Source: Acidimicrobiales bacterium
Lineage (GTDB): Bacteria; Actinomycetota; Acidimicrobiia; Acidimicrobiales; SZUA-35
Direction of reading: 5' to 3'
NCBI GenBank assembly: GCA_041394265.1
Contig: JAWKIO010000005.1
Location: 4,007,401-4,071,400, forward strand
DNA: 64,000 bases
A program made the position numbers and the translations under genes. The notes under the pieces are model-generated. The model was not told the origin of the DNA. It was given only the letters and a program-made list of their open reading frames with translations, and did no database searches. Shown in pieces: positions 51,932 through 60,042 of this stretch. Position 1 is the first letter of the stretch; the number at the start of each line of letters is the position of its first letter.

Positions 51932-52725
51932 CTGCTTTCGCTGAGGATCGTGACGAGGCCGCCGGTGCCAATCATGGTCGGGTGGCGGTCACGGATACGA
52001 GGATCGTGGCCGGGCACGACCACACCGTCGTCGCCGGCGAGTTCACGAAGCCGATCGAACGCGGTGTACATGGCCGGCAGGTCGGTGACGATCGCGTAGG
52101 GCTTGTCGTGCTCGATGTTCTCGTAGAAGTGGGTGGCGTCCGAGGCCAGCACGACGGGGCCATCGATGGTGTACACGGCAACGACTTGGAGGCCGGCGGT
52201 GTGGCCTCCGACCAGGTGCAGCGAAACACCACTGTCGATGACGGCGTCGCCGTCGTGGATCGTCACTCGGCCCTCGGCGGCGAGCCGGGTGACCGCGGCG
52301 ACGTCGCTCGATTCGTGGAGGTGGGAATGGACACCCCGGTGGGCGAGCGGGCCGGTCCAGAAGTCGAGCTCGCGCTGCTGCAGGTGGATGGTGGCGTTGG
52401 GGAACGCGTCGACGTGCCCGGTGTGGTCGTAGTGAAGGTGGGAGAGCACGAGGTGTGACACCTCGTCGGGCCCGCGGCCGAGCAGGCCCAGCAGGTTGAC
52501 CGGGTCGGCGAGGTAGTCACGGTTACCCCGTTGGGCAGCGACCTCACGGGTGAAACCACCGTCGACGAACACGACGTCGTCAGGTCGGCAGATCGCCCAG
52601 ACGAAATAGTCGATGGGGTACGGCCCGCCACAGTCGGCATCGTGTCCGTAGAAGTGCTCGCCTCGGGTCGATGCTGTCCGTCGGGCGTATTGCAGGGCGT
52701 AGACACCGTGGTCCACCCGACTCAT
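51922..52725 (-). CDS. MBL-fold hydrolase (N-acyl homoserine lactonase-like)
   Basis: Start reset to the ATG at 52725 (ATGA overlap with the upstream stop). SHLHYDHTGH zinc motif. Confidence 0.8.
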   Translation of the reverse strand: MSRVDHGVYALQYARRTASTRGEHFYGHDADCGGPYPIDYFVWAICRPDDVVFVDGGFTREVAAQRGNRDYLADPVNLLGLLGRGPDEVSHLVLSHLHYDHTGHVDAFPNATIHLQQRELDFWTGPLAHRGVHSHLHESSDVAAVTRLAAEGRVTIHDGDAVIDSGVSLHLVGGHTAGLQVVAVYTIDGPVVLASDATHFYENIEHDKPYAIVTDLPAMYTAFDRLRELAGDDGVVVPGHDPRIRDRHPTMIGTGGLVTILSESSCR

Positions 52726-53657
52726 CGGGCGTCCTCCGCTGTCGGGCGTTCCATGGTGAGCGACGCTCCGCACCACTGCTCCCACAGGGTGGCGATCACG
52801 GCGTAGTCGGAACGGCCGAGACCTCGGGCCACGGCGATGTCGTAGACACTCTGTGCTGCCTGAGTGGCGAAGAGGGGAACGCCGCTCGCCTGCGCCATGG
52901 CCAGGGCGAGCGTCGAGTCCTTGCGAGCGGCGTCGAGCGGCATGCCGCCGTCGTAGTGGGCATCGGCCACTCGCTCCATCATGCGGTGGGTGAGCGGTCG
53001 GATCAGCCCACCGTCACCGGCGGTGAGCATGTCCGCGATCTCGGCGGGGTCGACGCCGCTCGCCTTGGCCATGGCGAACCCCTCGATCAGCACGACCATG
53101 ACCGCATGAGCGACCCCGTTGTTGACCACCTTGGCCGCCATGCCGGTGCCCAGGCCACCGAAGCGCTTGACGTTGTGCCCGAGAACGTCGAGCACCGGCA
53201 TCGCTCGATCGACGATCGCATCGTCACCGCCGACGAGGAGGGTGGCAACCGCGTTCTGCATCTGGCCGACGCCAGAGAGGATCGCCGCGTCGATGAGCTC
53301 GATCCCGTCCATCTGCAGCGTTTCGGCGCAGGCGATGACATCGGTCGGCAGCACGGTGGAGGTCTCGATCACGAGCGACCCCTCGCTCAACAGCTCACCG
53401 AGACGGGCGCACGTGCTGTGGCTGATGGCCGGCGTGGGGAGCGACAACACGACCGTCGACAAGCCGGAGATTTCATGCAGCGCCTGCACGGGTCGGACCC
53501 CCGCCAGCCATGACGCAAGCGAACGACGGTCGGGATCGGGATCGTACGCCACGACATCGAACGTGCTGGCCAGCCGCTCGGCGACCGCCAGCCCCATCTG
53601 CCCGAGGCCGCACAAGCCGATCACCGGACGGTCATGAGATTCGGTATCGGCGCTCAT
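52722..53657 (-). CDS. NAD(P)-dependent oxidoreductase (3-hydroxyisobutyrate / 6-phosphogluconate dehydrogenase-like)
   Basis: IGLCGLGQMGLAVA Rossmann motif and an NAD-binding plus all-helical C-terminal domain pattern. Confidence 0.8.
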   Translation of the reverse strand: MSADTESHDRPVIGLCGLGQMGLAVAERLASTFDVVAYDPDPDRRSLASWLAGVRPVQALHEISGLSTVVLSLPTPAISHSTCARLGELLSEGSLVIETSTVLPTDVIACAETLQMDGIELIDAAILSGVGQMQNAVATLLVGGDDAIVDRAMPVLDVLGHNVKRFGGLGTGMAAKVVNNGVAHAVMVVLIEGFAMAKASGVDPAEIADMLTAGDGGLIRPLTHRMMERVADAHYDGGMPLDAARKDSTLALAMAQASGVPLFATQAAQSVYDIAVARGLGRSDYAVIATLWEQWCGASLTMERPTAEDAR

Positions 53658-53750
53658 GCCCCGAACGTAGGTCGCCCCTTGACCGCCCGCAATCGCAAGC
53701 TCGGCCCGCGGTGTCGCTCGCGCTGCGCCGGCCGGGGGGCTGCGCGTCGC

Positions 53751-53861
53751 GCCAACTCTCGGCTGTGAGGCTCACCCCCAGCCAACTCTCGGCTGTGGAG
53801 CCCAGAAGTGGGCTCGAGGGCCGAGAGTTCGTCAGGAGTGGGCTCGGGAGCCGAGAGTTCG
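53751..53861. repeat. four phased 30-bp units: two direct copies followed by two copies carrying the inverted core
   Basis: GCCAACTCTCGGCTGTG at 53751 and 53781. AGTGGGCTCG(A/G)G(G/A)GCCGAGAGTTCG at 53807 and 53837. The cores AACTCTCGGC and GCCGAGAGTT are reverse complements. Confidence 0.9.
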
Positions 53862-53901
53862 GGTCTACCCGCGGTGGCGGGGGTGGTCCGTCAGTGTGTG
53901 G

Positions 53902-56574
53902 TCAGTCGGCGGGGGTGGTGTCGCCGAGGGTGGCGTGGGCCGCAGCCAGGCGAGCGATTGGGACTCGGTAGGGCGAGCACGAGACATAGTCGATGTCGCT
54001 GCTGTCGAAGAACCGGATCGAGGCCGGATCGCCTCCGTGTTCGCCGCAGATCCCGGTCTTCAGGCCGGGCTTGGCCGATCGTGCGCCGTAGGCGCCCCGC
54101 GACACGAGCGAGCCCACACCGTTGACGTCGATGGTCTGGAACGGGTCAGAGGCCAGGATCTGGCGGCGTACGTAGCCGGGCAGGAAGCGGGACGAATCGT
54201 CGCGGCTCAGGCCCAGCGTGGTCTGGGTGAGGTCGTTCGTGCCGAAGCTGACGAAGTCGGCGTGGACCGCAATCTGGTCGGCGGTGAGCGCCGCCCGAGG
54301 CAGCTCGATCATCGTGCCGACGTGGTACTCGATCGAAGCGCCTTCCTTCTCGAACACCTCCTTGATCGAGGCGTCGATGGTCTCCTTCTGATTCTCGAGC
54401 TCGGCGGCGAACGCCACCAACGGCACCATGATCTCGGGCAGCACCGTGATGCCACGGGCCTGGCACCTCAGTGCGGCGGTGATGATGGCCCGAGCCTGCA
54501 TGGCCGTGATCTCGGGGTACGACACCCCGAGCCGGCAGCCACGGTGACCGAGCATCGGGTTCGCCTCGGAAAGACGCTCGATCTGGGTGAGCGTGCTCTC
54601 GAGCTCGTTGATCTCGCCGAGGATCCGATTGACGTCGGCGAGACGGTTGACGCCGGTCAGCTGGAGCTTGAGATCGGTGACCTGGTCGACGATCTCGTGT
54701 CGGTGGGGGAGGAACTCGTGCAGCGGCGGGTCGAGGAGTCGGATGGTGACCGGTAGGCCGTCCATGGCTTCGAACAGTTCTTCGAAGTCCTTGGTCTGCA
54801 GCGGCTCGATGAGGGCCAGGGCTTCGGTTCGGGAGACGGCGTTGGGGGCCATGATCATCTTGCGCATGGCGTCGATGCGTTCGCCCTCGAAGAACATGTG
54901 CTCGGTTCGACACAGCCCGATGCCCTCGGCACCGAGCGAGCGGGCGACGGCAGCGTCGTGGCCGTTGTCGGCATTGGCCCGCACACCCAGCCGGCGAGCC
55001 TGGTCGGCCCAGTTCATCAACGTCTCGAAGTCATCGTCGAGCACCGGATCGACCGTGGGAACCAAGCCCCGGTAGACGATGCCGGTGGTGCCATCGACGG
55101 TGATCCGCTCGCCGGCCGACACCACGCCATTCGGCGTGATCAACAACTGCTTGTCCAGGTCGACGATCAGGTCTTCGCACCCGACGACACAACACTTGCC
55201 CATGCCCCGGGCGACGACGGCGGCGTGTGAGGTGACGCCGCCGCGAGCCGTCACGATCGCCTGGGCGGCGACCATGCCATGAAAGTCGTCGGGGCTGGTC
55301 TCGTTGCGCACGAGGATGACGTCGGCACCTTGTTCGACGAGGGCGACGGCGGCGTCGGCGGTGAAGCACACGACGCCCGTGGCGCCACCCGGTGAGGCCG
55401 GGAGCCCGTGCACCAGCTCGACAGTGTCGTCGTCGGGTTGCACGATCGGGTGTAGCAGTTCATCGAGGCGGGACGGACTCACCCGCAGAACGGCTTCGTC
55501 GCTCGAGAGCACACCCTCGTTCGCCATGTCGACGGCCACCCGAACCGCGGCCCGACCGGTGCGCTTGGCGTTGCGCGTCTGCAACAGCCACAGCTCACCC
55601 CGTTCGATCGTGAACTCGATGTCCTGCATGTCGCGGTTCTGCTGTTCGAGGCGGGTCGCCAGCTCGGTGAGCTTGGCGAACGAGTTCGGATCGGTGTCGG
55701 CCAGCGAGCCGATCGGCAGCGGCGTACGAATGCCGGCAACGACGTCTTCGCCCTGGGCGTCGGGCAGGTACTCGCCCCAAAGGCCCGGCTCGCCGGTGGT
55801 CGGATTGCGAGTGAAGACGACGCCGGTGCCCGAGGTCGGCCCGGTGTTGCCGAACACCATGGCCTGGACGTTGACGGCGGTGTAGATGTCGTCGGGGATG
55901 CCTTCGAGCTGGCGGTAGTCGATCGCTCGCCGGTTCATCCATGACCCGAACACGGCCGCGATCGCCTGCCGCAACTGGTCATGCGGGTTGGTCGGCACCG
56001 TGAGCCCGCTGTGGGTGAGGACGATGTCTTGGAGCTGGCGGACGAGTTCCTTCGATGTGGCTGCTGTTGGCCGACCGGCCTTCGTGGCCTCGCCGATCTT
56101 GCCGCCCCGCAGGATCGAGCCCTCGACTCCGAGCACGATCTCGCCGTACATCTGCACGAATCGGCGGTAGCAGTCCCAGGCGAAGTCTTCGTCGCCGGTG
56201 AGTTTGGCGAGTGCGGCCGTGGTGGTGATGTTCAGGCCGAGGTTGAGGACGGTGTCCATCATGCCGGGCATCGAGATGGCGGCTCCCGAACGCACCGAGA
56301 CCAGCAACGGCTGGCTGGCGTCGTCGAAGCGTTTGAGGGTGGAGGACTCGAGGTGGGCGAGCGCGGTCTCGACCTGTGACCACAGCTCGGGCGAGATCGT
56401 GGCGTCGTTGCGGTAGTAGCCGGCGCACGCTGCCGTGGTGACGATGAACCCCGGAGGCACGGGAAGCTCGTTCTTCGTCATCGCCGCCAGGCCGGCGCCC
56501 TTGCCGCCGAGGAGCGCCCGGTCGGACGGATCGGCATCGGTGAACGCGACGACTTGGACGACATCGGCAGACAT
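53902..56574 (-). CDS. ppdK: pyruvate, phosphate dikinase, divergent second paralog
   Basis: Start reset to the ATG at 56574, preceded by GAAGGAG. LLGGKGAGLAAM, GGVTSHAAVVARGMG, GICGEHGGDP ... SCSPYRVP. The first 182 codons of the track ORF are antisense to the gene at 56729..57349. Confidence 0.9.
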   Translation of the reverse strand: MSADVVQVVAFTDADPSDRALLGGKGAGLAAMTKNELPVPPGFIVTTAACAGYYRNDATISPELWSQVETALAHLESSTLKRFDDASQPLLVSVRSGAAISMPGMMDTVLNLGLNITTTAALAKLTGDEDFAWDCYRRFVQMYGEIVLGVEGSILRGGKIGEATKAGRPTAATSKELVRQLQDIVLTHSGLTVPTNPHDQLRQAIAAVFGSWMNRRAIDYRQLEGIPDDIYTAVNVQAMVFGNTGPTSGTGVVFTRNPTTGEPGLWGEYLPDAQGEDVVAGIRTPLPIGSLADTDPNSFAKLTELATRLEQQNRDMQDIEFTIERGELWLLQTRNAKRTGRAAVRVAVDMANEGVLSSDEAVLRVSPSRLDELLHPIVQPDDDTVELVHGLPASPGGATGVVCFTADAAVALVEQGADVILVRNETSPDDFHGMVAAQAIVTARGGVTSHAAVVARGMGKCCVVGCEDLIVDLDKQLLITPNGVVSAGERITVDGTTGIVYRGLVPTVDPVLDDDFETLMNWADQARRLGVRANADNGHDAAVARSLGAEGIGLCRTEHMFFEGERIDAMRKMIMAPNAVSRTEALALIEPLQTKDFEELFEAMDGLPVTIRLLDPPLHEFLPHRHEIVDQVTDLKLQLTGVNRLADVNRILGEINELESTLTQIERLSEANPMLGHRGCRLGVSYPEITAMQARAIITAALRCQARGITVLPEIMVPLVAFAAELENQKETIDASIKEVFEKEGASIEYHVGTMIELPRAALTADQIAVHADFVSFGTNDLTQTTLGLSRDDSSRFLPGYVRRQILASDPFQTIDVNGVGSLVSRGAYGARSAKPGLKTGICGEHGGDPASIRFFDSSDIDYVSCSPYRVPIARLAAAHATLGDTTPAD

Positions 56575-56728
56575 GGGCACTCCTTCGAGAAGATGTGCCC
56601 AGAAGGTAGTTTCTTGAGAGTCACTCTGTGAATAGGTTGCGGTGCCCGCACGCCTCACCGGCGCCCCAGAGGGCACACGTGGGTCGGCCATCGGGCCTGA
56701 TCGGGACGCTCGGATCGTCGATGCCACA

Positions 56729-57349
56729 ATGGCCGCCGTGAACTTCGCCTCTCCCGAACTCGATCCCGGCCCCGATGGTGGTGAGCCGTCGGGCGCTCGT
56801 CCGATGCTCGCCACGTTGGTGGGGATCCTGCTCTCACTGGTGGCGCTGGGGGTCATCCTCGTGCGTTTGTTCCCGTCGAGCACCGACGATGAGGCCATCG
56901 CTCCGACCTCGTCTGCCTCGATGACCGAGGTCGCAACGAGCGTCACGAGCGAGCCGGCGACGACATCGTCGGTGACCGTCACCACCCCCACGTCGACCTC
57001 CACCGCCCTTGAGACATCGACCACGTCCCCTCCTCCGCCGGCCGAGGTGGACGACGAGGCACCAGCGATTCTCGATCTTGCGATGGACGAAGGATCGACG
57101 ACCGCCGACGTCTCGTTCACGACGTCGACATGTGTGAACGCTCGCTACGACTACTCGGGCCCGACCTCGGGCCGCCACGAGGGAGAGGGGTATCCCGACA
57201 CCACGTCGTGCTGGACCGAGCACCTGGCCAAGCTCGGCGAGTGGACCGATGCACTCGTACCTGGCAGCGACTACGAGGTCATCATCACCGTGATCGACGC
57301 CAGCGGGCGAACCGCAACGACGACGGTCGACTTCACCACGGCGTCGTGA
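56729..57349 (+). CDS. hypothetical membrane-anchored protein with Ser/Thr-rich linker
   Basis: One TM helix (MLATLVGILLSLVALGVILV), a ~70-aa S/T/P-rich linker, and a ~90-aa C-terminal domain with two Cys. Start uncertain (a GTG at 56642 is also possible). Confidence 0.55.
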   Translation: MAAVNFASPELDPGPDGGEPSGARPMLATLVGILLSLVALGVILVRLFPSSTDDEAIAPTSSASMTEVATSVTSEPATTSSVTVTTPTSTSTALETSTTSPPPPAEVDDEAPAILDLAMDEGSTTADVSFTTSTCVNARYDYSGPTSGRHEGEGYPDTTSCWTEHLAKLGEWTDALVPGSDYEVIITVIDASGRTATTTVDFTTAS

Positions 57350-57421
57350 CGGGCGCTCTTCCCGCGGTCGAACGTTGACGCCGGCCAACGTCGCGAGTGT
57401 GGCAGGCAGAACGCGACACGA

Positions 57422-57441
57422 CCCCGGCTCGAGTGCCGGGG
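57422..57441. terminator. hairpin between convergent genes (possible bidirectional terminator)
   Basis: CCCCGGC-TCGAGT-GCCGGGG, a 7-bp GC stem. No clear U-tract. Confidence 0.4.
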
Positions 57442-57486
57442 CCGTGTGATCGAACGTTGGCCGGGAGGATGGCTCCCGGCGTCGGC

Positions 57487-58134
57487 TCAGTGGCTGAGCT
57501 TGCGCAGGTGGCCGAGGCCGGCGAACACCAGCAGCGTCATCACGACGCCGGCAGCGATGGCGGCCCAGGCGGCGTAGCCGGCGATGGTGCCGATGGTGCT
57601 CCAGGCGAAGGTGTTCAGCAGCGTGCCCCGCAGCATCTCACCGCGGAAGATGGACTCCCGCTGTTCGCTGATGGCGTTGGCCTCTTCCTCGAGGGCGGCG
57701 ATCGTTGCGGCGTCGGCGCCATCAGCCACCGCAGCGGTGACAGCAGCATTGGCTGCCCGCTCCGGTCCGCCGAGTTCGGCGTAGGTCATGCCGTCGGCGA
57801 TGCCTTCGATGTGGCCGCCGATGTAGCCGGCATACGCCTCGGCCTGCTCACCGGTGGTGACCTGCTGGCCGGCGAACTTCACCAGATCATCTCGGCCCTG
57901 GCCGGTGAGCGAGTCGGCATCGGGGAAGGAGATGTTCTGGGCGGACAATTCGTCGCTGACGTAGTCACCGGCGAAGGAGCTGCCCCAGTAGAGGAGGGCG
58001 GCGGCGATGAACAGCACGACGGCGATCACGGCGCCGAGCCAGACGAGAATTCGATCGAGCGTCTTCCGGCCGATCTTCACGACCGGGGCGGTCGTGGCAA
58101 CGGCCGCAGGAACGTTGAGGGCGGTGGCAGTCAT
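57487..58134 (-). CDS. hypothetical membrane protein (TM helix at each end, Ala-rich central domain)
   Basis: Start reset to the ATG at 58134, preceded by GGAGAC. 215 aa with high GC3. Confidence 0.65.
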   Translation of the reverse strand: MTATALNVPAAVATTAPVVKIGRKTLDRILVWLGAVIAVVLFIAAALLYWGSSFAGDYVSDELSAQNISFPDADSLTGQGRDDLVKFAGQQVTTGEQAEAYAGYIGGHIEGIADGMTYAELGGPERAANAAVTAAVADGADAATIAALEEEANAISEQRESIFRGEMLRGTLLNTFAWSTIGTIAGYAAWAAIAAGVVMTLLVFAGLGHLRKLSH

Positions 58135-58321
58135 GGGAGTCTCCAACACTTCAGAACCTGGCCGGCGTCCGTCGCCGGTCACCGTTGAAGGTATGACGTG
58201 GTTCGAATTCGAAGCAGGGCCAAAGGTCCGTATTTGTCTGGGACTCCTGGCAATGCCGCCGGATTGTCCGGAATGCGTGACGAGGCTCACACTCAGAGGC
58301 CGTCAGTCGACAACTGTTGGC

Positions 58322-58645
58322 GTGAATGACGACGAGCTGACGCGCCTCCACCAGAGAATCGACGACGCCATCGCTGCGCCGCTGGCGATGGTGACGAGCG
58401 TGATCGGCGAGCTCGAGCGCGTACGAGCCGAGCTGCAGGTGGAACTCGATACTCACCGTCGTGAGCATCCTCTGCCGGAGGTGGCAACAGCGGAGCGTCG
58501 TGCTGCCCCGCAGATCGGGAGCCACTCGCTCGGGTCACAGTCCGAAACATCGACGAGCGATCGTCGAGGGGAACGGGAGCGGCGCCGACCGTTGCCGACG
58601 CTCGGTGAGCCAATCGGGATCAACCGGCCGTCGTTCCAGAGCTGA
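58322..58645 (+). CDS. hypothetical coiled-coil-like protein (107 aa), weak call
   Basis: GC3 bias becomes coding-like only from the GTG at 58322. The Arg/Glu-rich helical N-terminal half is followed by a low-complexity tail. Confidence 0.35.
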   Translation: MNDDELTRLHQRIDDAIAAPLAMVTSVIGELERVRAELQVELDTHRREHPLPEVATAERRAAPQIGSHSLGSQSETSTSDRRGERERRRPLPTLGEPIGINRPSFQS

Positions 58646-58707
58646 CCGCACGACGCTCATCTGCGTCGCCGTTCGGGCGGTGCAGATGCGGCGGCGGCGG
58701 AGCGAAT

Positions 58708-58827
58708 GCACGGCCGTCAGTCCGGCAGCATCGCCGTCAGTCCGGCAGCACGGCCGTTAGTCCGGCAGCACGGCCGTTAGTCCGACAGCACGGCCGTTAG
58801 TCCGACAGCACGGCCGTTAGTCCGACA
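58708..58827. repeat. tandem repeat, 20-bp unit x 6 (plus a degenerate 7th)
   Basis: Units GCACGGCCGT(C/T)AGTCCG(G/A)CA are head-to-tail from 58708, with a gradient of point variants along the array. Confidence 0.95.
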
Positions 58828-58855
58828 GTACGCCATCGGTCGAACGGTGGCTCGG

Positions 58856-59779
58856 TCAGCTCGACAGCAGCGAGGTGAGGAAGGCTCGGGTGGCGCCGCG
58901 GGCCTCGTCGTCGTTGGCGACGATGCCGATGCGGAAGTCGGTGACACCGGCATCCACATAGCGAGCAAGGCCTTCCTCGATCCGGTCGGCAGAGCCGAGC
59001 AGCAGGAGATCGGCACCGCCTTCCACGCCCTCACGGTCGAGCACGGCCCGGTAGCTCGGAAGGTTGTCGTAGAGCGCGCCGGCGTCACGATTGGCTGCCC
59101 GCCGTTCCTCGGGTTGGTCGGTGATCGCCACGCCGACCAACGCCACGATCCGGGGCTCGGGCCGCCCTACCCGTTCGGCGGCATCGTTGATGATCGGTGC
59201 GATGTGTTCGGCGATCGTCTTCGGTCCGCACGAACCGAGTGAGGTGCCGGCGGTTCGTTCGCCGGCCAGCCGGAGCATGCGGGGGCCGAGTGCGGCCAGC
59301 AGGATCGGCACTGGCGGTGCCTCGATCGTGAGCCAGCCGCTCGAGAACAGCTCCTCGCCCTTCACGGTTGCCGAGCCAGACTCGAACAGTTCGGCGAGTG
59401 CCTCGACGAACTCGCGGGTGCGGGTAAATGGCCGGGCGTAGGACTCGCCGAAGAAGCCCTCGGCGACCATCTGGTGTGACGGGCCGATGCCGAGGGTGAA
59501 TCGACCGTCGCAGGCGGCCTGGGCCGTGAGCGCCGCCGGTGCCAGGCTCATCGGGTGCCGTCCGGTGAGCGGCACCACCGACGTGCCGAGCTCGGCGAGC
59601 CCGGGCACCTCGTCGGCAATGGCTGAGAGCGCGACGAGCGGATCCAGTCCGAAGATCTGCGACAGCCAGAAACTGTCGAACCCGGCGGCTTCGGCCCAGC
59701 GAGCCTGCTCCCGCAAGTCAGCCAGGCTCGACACCTGCGTGCCTGCCCCGTACCCCCACCTGACCCCGAGTCGTCCCAT
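58856..59779 (-). CDS. LLM-class (luciferase-like) F420-dependent oxidoreductase
   Basis: 307 aa. AEAAGFDSFWLSQIFGLDP and LGIGPSHQ patterns are typical of the family. Confidence 0.8.
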   Translation of the reverse strand: MGRLGVRWGYGAGTQVSSLADLREQARWAEAAGFDSFWLSQIFGLDPLVALSAIADEVPGLAELGTSVVPLTGRHPMSLAPAALTAQAACDGRFTLGIGPSHQMVAEGFFGESYARPFTRTREFVEALAELFESGSATVKGEELFSSGWLTIEAPPVPILLAALGPRMLRLAGERTAGTSLGSCGPKTIAEHIAPIINDAAERVGRPEPRIVALVGVAITDQPEERRAANRDAGALYDNLPSYRAVLDREGVEGGADLLLLGSADRIEEGLARYVDAGVTDFRIGIVANDDEARGATRAFLTSLLSS

Positions 59780-59816
59780 CGCTCGTCGACCATAGTCTCG
59801 GGTCTCCGTCCAATCC

Positions 59817-59925
59817 TTGCGAACCTTCGGGTGGGCGTACGCTCAGCGGCGCGCAGCCCCGGAGCTTCGTTGGGGCTTGGCGAACCTTCGGGTGGGCGTA
59901 CGCTCGGCGGCGCGCAGCCCCGGAG
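59817..59925. repeat. ~48-bp direct repeat x 2 at 60-bp spacing in a divergent promoter region
   Basis: GCGAACCTTCGGGTGGGCGTACGCTC(A/G)GCGGCGCGCAGCCCCGGAG occurs twice with one mismatch. A third partial CCCGGAGGTTG lies at about 59948. Confidence 0.9.
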
Positions 59926-60042
59926 GTTGAGCGAGATTGGACGCAGGCCCGGAGGTTGCGGCTGGGGCGAGGCGCGTCACGGCTTGCGTGGATTGGTGAG
60001 AAACCGTAACTTACGCAGAAGTCGCTCGATCGGAGACCGCCC

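Noticed and set aside
56575-57120. N-terminal extensions of track ORFs: 53902..57120, 1319..3220, 8567..10480, 16188..17345, 6239..7342, 29306..31123, 23560..24423 and 12528..15455
   Set aside because: The extensions overlap neighbouring genes or divergent promoters and have non-protein-like composition. Internal ATG/GTG codons with SD-like sequences give proteins starting at the conserved family N-termini.
58708-58827. A CRISPR array
   Set aside because: The 20-bp units are contiguous with no spacers, the unit is too short, and no cas genes are in the window.
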